64,000 nt of DNA from Octopus vulgaris (lineage: Eukaryota): contig OX597825.1 of NCBI GenBank assembly GCA_951406725.2, forward strand, positions 58,528,001-58,592,000. Direction: 5' to 3'. Below, piece by piece: positions 25,594-38,469 of this stretch. Under the pieces are notes generated by a model. The model ran no database searches. It saw only the letters and a list, made by a program, of their open reading frames with translations, and was not told the DNA's origin. Both the position numbers and the translations under genes were made by a program. Each line of letters starts with the position of its first letter. Position 1 is the first letter of the stretch.

Positions 25594-27086
25594 ATTATGC
25601 ACAAGGTGAAAAACCTCAGTTCAATAAAATAGAGAATCAATATTTTTTACAATATAAATGTATGGAATATATCCTGGAATGGTTTTATCTCTCTGTTAAC
25701 CACTATTTTCTGTAAAGAGTATGTGGTTTGAAATACACTTTCAATGTCTACTTCTATATTTGTGAAATCAGATCTTGACGTCTGGAAATCAAATTTTTTT
25801 TGTATTTTATAAATCAAAGAATTTTGTGGTCTAACTTCCATTATCAGATTATTTCCTGTTAAAGATTCTAGAAAGAAGAAATCATTTTTGTTTTGGTCCA
25901 GAATATTTGTTTCTGTTATAAAAAAAATTCTATATTTTAATGTATCAAAATTTTTCATTTAGTTACTTATAGTATTCATTTAATATATTTGTTTTCTTTA
26001 CATACATACATACAAACATAAATACACAGATACATACACACACATATACATACATGCATACATACACACACATATGTGCATACACACATACATTTGATTT
26101 TCATTTATCTACACACACACATACATACAAAGGTAATACATACATACATTTGATTTTCATTCATCTACACACACACATGTACACACACACATACACACAC
26201 ATACACACACACACACATACATACACACACATACACACACACATACATACACACACATACACACACATACATACACACACACACATACATACATACACAC
26301 ATACATATGTATGTATGTCTACATTCCATCTTGATTTTCATTGACTTGCACTCACATACATACATACATTGTATGTATGTGCAAGTCAATGAAAATCAAG
26401 ATGGAATATAGAAATAATTATTGGAAAAGAATGAATAAATATGGAAATCCTGTCATCAGCCATGGAGACTACAATCAACACAGTTTCAGTGTGTTTAAAG
26501 TCCAGAAACTTAAAGCTGCGTGTTACTACTCCTTGGGTTGCACCAGAAATAGTGAACATCTCTGAAGTGATGGATGTACAAAGACAAAGCGTGGAGCTCA
26601 ACACACACACAAACAATCACACACACACACATACTATCACACACACACACACACACACAATCTCACACACACACAGAAACAATCAAGCACACATGCATTT
26701 GTGCGTATGTATTCATGAAAATAGATGAGAATTTTTATTAGAATAAAGTTCCACATCATCTTCTATAAAACGATATTACTTTACATTTTTGCTACATGAA
26801 TTTTATTAGTAATATCGATGACAAATTGATTAATTTTTATTTGCAAAATAATCAAAGCCATGAAAAAAAAACAATAACGACCGTGCAATGGTAAAATTTC
26901 TTGCTAAATCATAATCCTTGCTATATTTAGTTGTTTCTTCCTCATTCCAAGTTTAAATCCTGCCAAACCAGTTAATTCCTGTTGTTGTTGTTGTTGTGTG
27001 TTAGATCCAGTTCAGCCCAGATTGAAAAATTTTGCATCTAAATATGTGCCAGTGGTGACAACACTTTTCCTTTTTGCAAGCATAGA

Positions 27087-27580
27087 TACAGGCATGGCTG
27101 TGTAGTAAGAAGCTTGCTTCCCAACCACATGGTTCCAGGTTCAGTCCCACTGCATGGCACCTTGGGCAAGTGTCTTCTACTATAGCCTCAGGCTGACCAA
27201 TGCCTTTCATCCTTTTGGGGTCAATTAAATAAGTACCAGTTAATCACTGGGGGTCGATGTAATCGACTTAATCCCCTTGTCTGTCCTTGTTTGTCCCCTT
27301 TATGTTTAGCCCCCTGTAAGCAATAAAGAAATAAATATATATATATATGTATGCATCTAAGTGTGTGCATGCCTGTGTTTGTCCCCCAATCACTGCTGGA
27401 CAACCGATGTTGGTGTGTTTACATCGCTGTAACTTAGCAGTTTGACAAAAGAGACTGATAGAATAAGTATCAGGCTTAGAATAATAAGTCCTGGGGTCGA
27501 TTTGTTTGGCTAAAACCCTTCAAGGTGGTGCTCCAGCACAGCCACAGCCAAATGACCGATACAAGTAAAAGAATAGAAGA
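27087..27580 (+). mobile_element. Composite SINE: family A head, family B tail, family A tail
   Basis: Switches at about 27200 (AATGCCTT|TCATCCTTTTGGGGTC) and returns to family A sequence at about 27340. Confidence 0.7.
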
Positions 27581-28257
27581 TTAGTATTTCAACTGCATAA
27601 ACCGAACTTTCCTCTCTTAAGACTACATAATATTTACTTGTATTTACTTGTATATAAAACATGTAGTTTTTCTTTTTAAATGTTTCCAGCCATCATATGG
27701 CTGCATTAAACAGTGTTTAATGCAGCCATATGATGGCTGGGAACCCAAGTGTCAAAGGTGAGGGAGCTGGAGGACCATCAGTCTATTAAGCACAGTAATT
27801 GTTACTAATAATTAAATATTGAAAAGAAGCCAAAATATCACAGTCTGTTAGCACATACTTATGAAAAATTGCTTACAGTATGTCAGCAGTAGTGTGAGGA
27901 GGTCACATCATCTCATTGTATCTCCTTCCCCAGTGTATATTAACTATATCTAACATATGTCTTGCATTATTATATGACTGTGTTACCTTTAAGAAACATT
28001 TGTTTAATTATCTAAACAAAAATATTCTCCTAGAAAGTTGAAAGGAATCTTTTATCTTCCACTTGTTTCAGTCATTAGATTGTGGCCATGCTGGACCACT
28101 GCCTTGAAGAATTTTTAGTTGAATGAATCAATCTCTGTGCTTATTTTTTAAAGCCTGGTACTTATTCTATCCGTCTCTCTTGCCAAACCACTAAGTTATG
28201 GGGATATAAACACACTAACAAATTTTCTGTCAGCTATTTGCAATGAGTGGATGACAA

Positions 28258-28590
28258 CATCATCATCATTGTTTAACGTCCACTTTCCATGCTAGCATGG
28301 GTTGGATGATTTGACTGAGGGCTGGCGAACCACATTGCTGTACCAGGGTCCAATCTTGATCTGGCAGTTTCTACAGCTGGATGCCCTTCCTAACACCAAC
28401 CACTCTGAGAGTGTAGTGGGAGCTCTTACGTGCCACCGGCACGAGGGCCAGTCAGGCGGTACTGGCAACGGCCACTCTCAAATGGTGTTTTGTTTTTATA
28501 TGTCACCTACACACTGGCACAAGTGCCAGTAAGTGCTGGTAACGATCAAGCTCGAATGGTGCCTTTTATGTGCCACTGGCACAAACGCCA
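28258..28590 (-). mobile_element. RTE 3' UTR fragment
   Basis: (CAT)n tail and GTGCCAC(C/T)GGCAC subrepeats. Confidence 0.75.
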
Positions 28591-28828
28591 GTTAACTGGT
28601 GTACCACCTCAGTGGCTGATTGGGATAACAGAAAACAATACAGCCAAAAATATGAGGTTTTTAAATCCTATATAAATACTCTTGACCAAAATATATACAA
28701 CTGTACAGTTGATCTGAAAGAAGATAAAGTTGAAGCATGTGACTCCCATAATGTAGTTTCTTTATGATAAATTTGTGGTTTCATATTTTATTCCAGTGTT
28801 CTGTCAAAATATTGAATTTGCATGCATA

Positions 28829-29322
28829 ATACCTATTTCTTTACTACCCACAAGGGGCTAAACACAGAGCGGACAAACAAGGACAGACAAACGAATTAAG
28901 TCGATTATATCGACCCCAGTGCGTAACCGGTATTTATTTGATCGACCCCGAAAGGATGAAAGGCAAAGTCGACCTCGGTGGAATTTGAACTCAAAACGTA
29001 GCGACAGACGAAATACCTATTTCTTTACTACCCACAAGGAGCTAAACACAGAGAGGACAAACAAGGACAGACAAACGGATTAAGTCGATTATATCAACCC
29101 CAGTGCGTAACTGGTATTTATTTAATCGACCCCGAAAGGATGAAAGGCAAAGTCAACCTCGGCGGAATTTGAACTCAAAACATAGCGACAGACGAAATAC
29201 CTATTTCTTTACTACCCACAATGAACTAAATACAGAGGACAAACAAGGACAGACAAACGGATTAAGTCGAGTAGTGGCAGACGAAATATCGCCAAGCATT
29301 TCACCTGGCGTGCTAACGTTTC
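28829..29322 (-). mobile_element. SINE family B tandem multimer (~183 bp unit)
   Basis: ATACCTATTTCTTTACTACCCACAA repeated at ~28829, ~29013 and ~29197. Confidence 0.85.
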
Positions 29323-29779
29323 CTTCCCCCACCTATGAAACTGCACCAAAATATCTTTCAACAGCTACATGATGAAATATATGAAATTTGTTTCCTTCTA
29401 CTAATTATCCTTCTAAAATAGGGTGTGTCTTATACCAGAGCGCATCTTATACACTGGCTAATATAATATATTGGGAATATTAGATAGTCATAAGGTGGTG
29501 AACCTAGAGAATTGTAAGCACACAGGGGAAAATGCTTAGAGGTATTTTTCCGACTTTACATTCTGAGTTCAAATTCCATTGAGGTCAACTCTGCCTATCA
29601 TCATTTTGGGGTTGATAAAATCAGTACCAGTCTAGTATTGGGGTCAATGTTTTCGACTTACCCACTCCTCTGAACTTGCTGGCCTTGTGTCAAAATTTGA
29701 AACCAATATTAGATAGTTACCAGGTATGACCAAAATACCTCCCAAATTCACCTTTCTTAATGAATATTTTAAGAGCAAA

Positions 29780-30258
29780 GGCAAGTGAAATCGAAATCAA
29801 ATCTGATGACTGGCACCTGTGCTAGTGGAGCGCTAAGAGTACCATCCAAGTGTGATCATTGCCAGAGCAACAAACTGGCTTCCATGCCAGTGGCACGCCG
29901 AAAGCACCATTTGAGCGTGATTGTTACCTGCATTGCCTTACTAGCACTTGTACTGGTGGCACGTGAAAAAACATTCGAGCAAGGTTGTTGCCAGTGCCGC
30001 TGGACTGGCTCCTGTGCAGGTGGCACACAAAAAGCACCATTTGAGTGTGGCCATTGCCAGTACTGCCTGACTGACCCTCATGCTGGTGGCATGTAAAAGC
30101 ACCCACTACACTCTCGGAGTGGTTGGCATTAGGAAGAGCATCCAGCTGTAGAAAATCTGCCAGATCAGATTGGAGCCTGGTGCAGCCATCTGGTTCGCCA
30201 GACCTCAGTCAAATCGACCAACCCGTGCTAGCATGGAAAGCGGACATTAAACGATGAT
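29780..30258 (+). mobile_element. RTE 3' UTR
   Basis: GCAAGTGAAATCGAAATC...AAAGCACC subrepeats...GCTAGCATGGAAAGCGGACATTAAACGATGATG. Confidence 0.8.
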
Positions 30259-30270
30259 GGTGGTAGTGGT

Positions 30271-30303
<33 letters not shown>

Positions 30304-31056
30304 CAATGTGCCCCAGTAGAAACCTTGACAACAACTGTTAACCAAAATGGTAAAACTTCTCTACCACCATACAGATGAGCATGTAAAATTTGGGAGATTT
30401 TTCTGCCATACCCTGTACTTCTAGCAGTTGATAGACTACATAGAAATTCCATTCTTTGGTTCAGCATCCTGTTCCTGTCAACTTGGTGTTGATAAAATAA
30501 TTGAAAGATATATTTTGGTTTAATAAAATAACACTGCAGTTCTCCTCTTTGAACGAGACTCTTTCTACAGAAGTCCGTGACTGAATGTCAATGTTATATA
30601 AAAATCAATATTTCTCCCCCAAAATAATAATACATAAATAAAAAGAAAAAATAAATAAACTAATTAATAAAAAAGGAAAAGAAAGAAAATAAGGAGAAAA
30701 AATAAGCAAATGTGGGTGTGATTATGTATTTGTGTATATTTTACTGGTTATAAAAATCAGTATATGTAGCCTTGTTAGTACCACCGTGTGATGTGCATGT
30801 GTGTGTGTATATGTGTGTGTGTGTGGGCGTGCGTGTGTGAGTTTGTGTGTGTATGTTCTAAACTCCCATAAACCTGTATTTATGTTGTTAAATGTATGAT
30901 TATTAAGATTAATAATAGCTGGATTATATGGAATTTACATGTAGTTTCTCACTTTGTGTGTGTATGAATATACATGCACACACATATGCATATACACACG
31001 TGCTCACACACACACACACACACACACATTTGTATACATAGATGCAAGCATGTCCT

Positions 31057-31305
31057 TGTGGAGGCATGTGGTTTAGTGGTTAGGGTGTTGAACTCATGAT
31101 CGGAAGATTGTAGTTTCAATTCCTGGACCGGGCGACGCGTTGTGTTCTTGAGCAAAACACTTCATTTTCACATTGCTCCAGTCCACTCAGCTGGCAAAAA
31201 TTAATAATCCTGCGACGGACAGGAGTCCCGTCCAGGTGGCGAATGTATACACCATGGAAACTGGCCTTTAGGAGATGGCATGACTTGAAGAAGTAACTTT
31301 ACCTT
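31057..31305 (+). mobile_element. SINE family C
   Basis: GTGGAGGCATGTGGTTTAGTGGTTAGGGTG...CCTGCGACGGACAGGAGTCCCGTCCAGG. Confidence 0.75.
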
Positions 31306-31324
31306 TTGTTGTTTTTTTTAACAA

Positions 31325-31467
31325 GCATTCCTGTGTAGTTAAGAAGCTCACGTTGCAATCACATGGTTTTGGGTTTTGGTTTTGGGCAAATGTGTTCTTC
31401 AATATCTCTGGGTTGACTAATATCGTGTGAGTAAATGGTGTAAATGGAAACTACTGTGTGAAAGCTT

Positions 31468-31507
<40 letters not shown>

Positions 31508-31991
31508 CATATAGGCATAGCCATGGCTGTGTGGTATGAAGCTTGCTTCCCAACCTCATAGTTCTGGGTTCAGTACACTGTGTGGCACCTTGGGCAACTG
31601 TTTTCTACTATAGCCTTGTGAGTGGTTTGGTAGATGGAAACTGAAAGAAGCCTGTCATATAAATATATATGTCTGTGTGTGTGTGTATGTGTATGTGAGT
31701 GTATTTGTGTGTGTGTGTTTGTCCCCCCACCATTGCCTGACAACAGATGTTGGTGTGTTTATGTCTCTGTAACTTAGTGGTTTGACAAAAGAGACCGACA
31801 GAATGAGTACTAGGCTTACAAAGAATAAGTCCTGGGGTCGATTTCTTTGGCTAAAAGTGGTGCTCCAGCATGGCTGCAGTCTAACCACTAAAACAAATAA
31901 AAGAATAAAAGAATATATATATATATATAGTATATATACTCTTTTACTCTTTTACTTGTTTCAGTCATTTGACTGTGGCCATGCTGGAGCA

Positions 31992-32056
<65 letters not shown>

Positions 32057-32402
32057 TCTTTTACTCTTTCACTTGTTTCAGTCATTTGACTGCGGCCATG
32101 CTGGAGCACCGCCTTTAGTCGAGCAAATCGACCCCAGGACTTATTCTTTGTAAGCCCAGTACTTATTCTATCGGTCTCTTTTGCCGAACCGCTAAGTGAC
32201 GGGGACGTAAACACACATACATATATATATATGCATATATACGACAGGCTTCTTTCAGTTTCCATCTACCAAATCCACTCACAAGTCATTGGTCGGCCTG
32301 AGGCTATAGCAGAAGACACTTGCCCAAGGTGCCACGCAGTGGGACTGAACCCGGAATCATGTGATTGGTAAACAAGCTACTTACCACACAGCCACTCCTG
32401 CG

Positions 32403-32403
<1 letters not shown>
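31325..32403. mobile_element. Cluster of family A SINEs (+ copies 31325-31915; - copy 31940-32403 in tail-to-tail orientation)
   Basis: Direct similarity to 45882-46288 in both orientations; the tail is duplicated at 31940-31993 and 32055-32110. Confidence 0.8.
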
Positions 32404-32449
<46 letters not shown>

Positions 32450-32781
32450 ACTAATTTGGACAAATAATTATAAGTCAATTAGTGTGTTTAAATGTTCTGT
32501 AGAGCACCAGCACAGTTCAAGCTACCGGTTGTCATTTACAATTGTGGTACACTTCTATTGGATCTACTTAAGAAACTCTGCAATGGCAGTTAGGGTAATA
32601 GTATTAATTGATAGGCGATGGATTTTGTATTAGATCGTTATTAGGTACAACATGTTTCAACCCATCAGCCTGGGTCTCTTCAGGTACATTGATAAAGATG
32701 TCTCACTATAGAGATTGATGGATCTAAACATACATTGTACCTAGTAAAGGTCTAATATGAAATCCATCTATTAATTAATAC

Positions 32782-32784
<3 letters not shown>

Positions 32785-32812
<28 letters not shown>

Positions 32813-33755
32813 TTAACGTCCGCTTTCCATGCTAGCATGGGTTGGACGATTTGACTGAGGACTGGCGAACTAGATGGTTGCACCAGGCTCCAATCTGATC
32901 TGGAAGAGTTTCTACAGCTGGATGCCTTTCCTAATGCAAACCACTCCGAGAGTGTAGTGGGTGCTTTTACATGCCACTGGCACAAGGGCCAGTCAGGTGG
33001 TACAGGCAACAGCCATGCTCAAATGGTGCTTTTGTGTGCCACCTGCACAGGAGCCAGTCCAGCGACACTGGCAACGACCTCACTTGAATGTTTTTTCATG
33101 TGCCAGTAAGGTAATACTAGTAACGATCATGCTCGAATGGTGCTTTTTACGTGCAACCAGCATGGAAGCCAGTCAGCTGCTCTGGCAATGGTCATGCTCG
33201 GATGGTGCTCTTAGTGCTCCACTAGCATGGATGCCAGTCATTGAATTTGATTTCGATTTTGATTTCACTTGCCTCAACAAGTCTTCGCAAACAGAGTTTA
33301 GTGTCCAATGAAGGAAAGGTACGCATAAGTGGGACTGGTTACACCCCTGGCTTAGGCCATGAGGTTATGGTCTTACTTGGCTTGCCAGGTCTTCTCAAAC
33401 ACAGCATTTTTCCAAAGGTCACTAGTCATTGCCTCAGTGAGGCATAATGTTCGAAGGTCATGCTTCACCACCTCATCCCAGGTCTTCCTGGGTCTACTGC
33501 TTCTACAGGTTCCCTCAACTGCTAGGGTGTGGCACTTTTTCATACAGCTATCCTCATCCATTCTTACCACATGACCATACCAGAGCAGTCATCTCTCTTG
33601 CACATCTCATCTGACACTTCTTAGGTCCAACTTTTCTCTCAAGGTAGTTACACTCTGTCGAGTATGCACACTGACATTACACATCCAGCGGAGCATACTG
33701 GCTTCATTCCTTGTGAGCTTAAGCATGTTCTCAGCAGTCACAGCCCATGTTTCAC

Positions 33756-33760
<5 letters not shown>
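32785..33760 (-). mobile_element. RTE-clade LINE, 5'-truncated (ORF2 C-terminus, 3' UTR, (GAT)n tail)
   Basis: Minus strand YGSETWAVTAENM..LTRNEASMLRWMCNV...WYGHVVRMDEDSCMKKC..LAVEGTCRSSRPRKTWDEVVKHDL, a typical RTE ORF2 end. Confidence 0.9.
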
Positions 33761-33810
<50 letters not shown>

Positions 33811-34100
33811 TCAGTGGCATGCAGCGACTTGGTTATGCAATAAGCACTTATTGGTTGAGCTGAATCATTTTGAAATTATTTAACTAAGAGAACGTATTTA
33901 GTTACGTAATATGGCCATAGTTTTAGACCATCACACTATCAAAGACAAATCAGGCTACTGACCAATTTACTTGATAAAGTAGCCTTTATCAGGCTACTCA
34001 CCAATTTCAAGAAAATAATTGACACTCACTCGAGCAGTCTGTTCTGATACTTATTGAACTCCGTACATTAAATGACTACCTCTTGTGCACATTGAACATA

Positions 34101-34101
<1 letters not shown>

Positions 34102-34131
<30 letters not shown>

Positions 34132-34882
34132 GTTTAGCGTCCGTTTTCCATGCTAGCATGGGTTGGACGGTTCTACTGGGGTCTGTGAAGCCAGAAGGCT
34201 TCATCAGGCCCAGTCAAATCTGGCAGTGTTTCTACGGCTGGATGCCCTTCCTAACGCCAACCACTCCGAGAGTGTAGTGGGTGCTTTTTACGTGCCACCC
34301 GCACAGGTGCCAGACAGAGCTGGCAAACGGCCACGAACGGATGGTGCTTTTTATGTGCCACCGGCACGAGGGCCAGGCGAGGCTGGCAACGGACACGAAA
34401 CGGGGCGGTGCTGGCAACGGTCGCGAAACGGAAGGTTCTCTTACATGCCACCGGCACTGGTAACACATCTGCAATTTCCATTGATCGATTTCCATTGATC
34501 GATTTCAATTCTGATCCTCACTTGCCTCAACGGGTCTTCACAAGTAGAGTTTCGACATGCCACCGGCACTGGTAACACATCTGCAATTTCCATTGATCGA
34601 TTTCGATTCTGATCCTCACTTGCCTCAACAGGTCTTCACAAGTAGAGTTTTGTGTCCCAAGAAGGGAAGGTATGCATACGTAGGCCGGCTCCATCCCATG
34701 TAGAAGGCCACGGGTTATGGACTCACTTGTCCTGCCGGGTCTTCTCGCGCACAGCACACTTCCAGAGGACTCGGTCGCTAGTCATTTCCTCAGTGAGACC
34801 TAAAGTTCGAAGGTCGTGCTTCACCACCTCGTCCCAGGTTTTCCTGGGTCTGCCTCTTCCACAGGTTCCCTCAACCGCTAGA
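34102..34882 (-). mobile_element. RTE-clade LINE 3' end, different subfamily, with internal ~110 bp duplication
   Basis: LAVEGTCGRGRPRKTWDEVVKHDL at 34800-34882; 34443-34552 is repeated at 34555-34650; (CAT)n tail. Confidence 0.85.
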
Positions 34883-35179
34883 TGAATAAACACACGCACA
34901 ATGAAAGCCAGTGAAAATTCAATGTTGTATGAAAATTCAACATTGTAAAAAGCCCTAAAAAACTAAACAAAAACCTAACGTCTCTTTTCATTTGTTGGGA
35001 GTAGCAAAGATGTGAAATATCATAACATGCAAGAAAATGAAGAAATGTAAATTATACTTTCCTAATGATGAAAGAAAATTTGAAAGAATGTAAAAGAAAA
35101 TTATTAATACAAAATGATTTATACATAAACACACACACACACACACACATCTTTCAATGTGTGTGTGTATGTTGTTTTT

Positions 35180-35915
35180 TTTTCTCCCTTCAGTCTTTAG
35201 TCATCATGTTGTGTGGTGTGGTGTGGTGTGGTGTGGTGGGTGTTATTGTTCCATTTGTGTTTTTATTGAGGTTTGGTCTGTCTATTACTATTTGATAGCC
35301 TCTATGAGCTGTCTATGTGTCGTGTCAGTTCTATGTGTTGATAATACTTTGACCTCTATGTTATTGACTGAGCATCTATGTCCTGCTTGAGAAAAACATT
35401 AGAAAAACATTAAATAAGGCTAATCTATGGATTAAAGTAGTAGAAAGGGCTGGTGCCCCTATAAAATCCTTGATCTGTAGAACTTATCCCTTCAATAGGT
35501 CCCATGTACTGAGAACAATTGTATTGTATGTAGGACGAACCCGCAGGCTAACTGTAACATTAGGAATATAGTGTATAGCTTATGATGTACTGAGGGACAG
35601 TGCAGAAGCATGACAACTACTTCTATTGGAGAGACAGCATGCAGCATATGAGAGCATATAGGTGAACACTGGTGAGAGCTCAAAGAAGAGAAAGCTTGTC
35701 AGTGCTCTATCAACATGTTCAAGCAGATCATAGAGGCTCAGTCAAAAGCATAGAGGTCAAAGTATTATCAATGCAAAAAACTGTCATGACACTTGGACAG
35801 ATCACAGAGGCTACACGCATAGTAAGAGACAGACCAAGCCTCAATAGAAAAGATGAATGGAACAATAACACCCACCACCACACCACACAACATGACGACT
35901 AAAGACTGAGAGAGA
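35180..35915 (+). mobile_element. Penelope-like element 3' end: decayed GIY-YIG endonuclease preceded by an inverted copy of its own 3' end
   Basis: From ~35520 reads CIVCRTNPQANCNIRNIVYSL*C..QC.....SIGETACSI*EHIGEH, then SVLYQHVQADH...EVKVLS...QITEATRIVRDRPSLNRKDEW. 35185-35390 is the reverse complement of 35718-35912. Confidence 0.8.
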
Positions 35916-37154
35916 AAGCATAACACGAAAAAAAACCCAGATACAAACAGCATAATACAAATACAATATGCACATACCTCTGATATATATATTAAAAAAA
36001 TTAGAGCTACAAAAGAAAAAACTATAAAAGGCACAAATACAAACAACATAGGAAGTGAACCTCTATTATACAATTATGTGCACAGACTGAAATGCACACA
36101 TGCTTGCATATGTGTTTATCTGTTTGTGTGTATGTATATATTTGTATATGTGTTAGCATGTGGGTGTATGTCTGAGTGTGTGTACAGGCATGTGTGATTG
36201 TATATATTTGTTTATATATGTATGTCTTTATGAGTGTGTCTTTGTATGCGGATCTGAATGCATTGTGTATGTGTGCACAAATCTATGCATACATATATTT
36301 TCGCAAGTCCATGTTATTGTGTGTGTCTGTGTATCTGGAAGCCTGTTTATTACCTTATGGCCATAAATTATGTTGAGTGGTCAAGGATTATAAAAGACAG
36401 GAATATCCATTATTGGTGAGGTATAATTATGGAAAGTTAGAATCGATTGAAGCTAAAAATGTACCGACCATTCACTAGGAGAAATATAAAAGCCAAAAAT
36501 CTATAAGAGCCATCATAGAATGGTATTTATTTACTTGGTCAGCACCATAGTGCCATGCCACATTTATTCCACTTCTTTATGTTCTGAGTTCAAATCTTGT
36601 TGTAGGTCAACTTTACCTTTCACCACTTTGGCCATTATCATCATCAGTCATCATCATCATCATCATCATTTAAAATCCCCTTTCCTTGCTAGTTTTGGTT
36701 GGATGATTTGACAGGATCTGACGAGCCACAAGGTGGTGTCGTGTCCCAGTGTCAGCTTTAGTATGGGTTCCATGGTTTCCATGGCTGGATGGCCTTCCTG
36801 ATGTCAACCATTTTATAGTGTTTAGTGGGTATAGGTTTCCGAGTACCTCCAGGACAGAAAAAGAACATGGAAGAAAGAATAGGCAAATGCTCTCTCTACT
36901 AAGTGAGTAGAATATTTCAGAGAGAGAGGTGGCTTTATGTCAGCTGTTGAAAGGCTAATGTATGATGGAAGAACAAGCACAGGCGTCTTACAATAAGGGA
37001 GATACATGGATTCCCCCCACATTATATATAATGTGGGTGGGGGTAGTTGAGAAAGAGATGTAAAGAAAGCAGTTGGGGAATGCTAGAGCAAACTCAAGAA
37101 GGAAAACACCTGTCTGGGGCTGCATACTGGTGTAATTGTTAGGGCATCTGCTGG

Positions 37155-37450
37155 GATCATCATCATTATCATCATTTAATGTCTGTTTTCCATGCTGGCA
37201 TGGGTTGGATGCTTTGACTGAAAACTGGTAAGCTGGGGTTTCAATCTGATTTTTCATGGTTTCTATGGCTTCTTAACACCAACCACTCCAAGAGCATAGT
37301 GTGTGATTTTATTATGTGCCACCAACATGGGTGCCAGTTGCACAACACTAGCAATGGCTACAACTACAATCTCACCTGGCTTGACAGGTCTTCTCAAGCT
37401 TGGTATATCTCCAAGGGTCTCAGTCACTTGTCACTGCCTCTGTGAAACCT
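37155..37450 (-). mobile_element. RTE 3' fragment, degenerate
   Basis: (CAT)n, TTTAATGTCTGTTTTCCATGCTGGCATGGGTTGG, CAGGTCTTCTCAAG. Confidence 0.65.
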
Positions 37451-38424
37451 GAAGGCAGTACAAGTGACGCCTTGCAATATTTGTTCTATGTGGCTTAATG
37501 GTTAAGGTGTTGCACTCATAATCACACAATCATGGTTTTGATTCCCAGTCTAGGCAGTGAATTGTGTTAAGAGTAAAACACTTCATTTTATATTGCACCA
37601 GTTCACTCAACTGTAAACAAGTAACACTGTGACAGACTGGCATCCCATTCAAAGAGAGAGTTGTTATCTTGGTCACTTACATGTCATGGAAACCAGGTAA
37701 CCAACCTAATGAGTCTAAGGACTCAGAACAGCAGTATTGTGATGTCTATGTTGTGAGATCAAATCTCACTATGGCCTACTTGGGTGATAGACTTAAGGTG
37801 CTGCAAAGCTGCCTGCCATCACCTAGCACTCTGAGTGCTTTTAGTGAAGCCTGCTCTGTTGCTAGCCCCCAAGCAAGATTTCTGGTTTGGGAATACCTTT
37901 TTTCCACCCCTCCCACCCGTTTTGCAGAATCTGTAGAGGAGACATGGTCACTACCCCTATTTCTGACGAAATGAGGAAAAAGAAAAAAAAAAAATCTAAT
38001 GGCTATGTGGTAAGAAGCTTGCTTCCCAATCTCATGATTCCAGGTTCAGTCCCACTGTGTAGCAACTTAGGTAAGTATCTTCTGCTATAATCTCATGGTG
38101 ACCAAAGCCTTATGAATAGATTTGGTAGATGGAAACTGAAAGAAGCCCATTGTATATGTATTAGGCTTACAAAGAATAAGTCCTAGGGTCAATTTCATTG
38201 ATGCGGTCAAATGGCTGAAACAAAGTAAATTAATAAAAAAATATATGTATGCAAACACACACGGACATGCTATCTTTCCTGTTTTCTATTCCGTGTCTCT
38301 TTAAAATCTATTTCAAATCTTTCTTGCATTTTTTTATTGTCATTTTATTGTTTTATTATATAAGTCTGCTGCCTCCCATAAAACATGATATAAAACCGTT
38401 TGGCAAACACCAGAGTCAGCCGTA

Positions 38425-38438
38425 CCAATTCTATCACT

Positions 38439-38469
<31 letters not shown>

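Noticed and set aside
30228-30467. Minus ORF containing FWLTVVV, echoing the WLKV motifs
   Set aside because: No convincing splice boundaries, and it runs into a microsatellite and RTE tail; likely chance.
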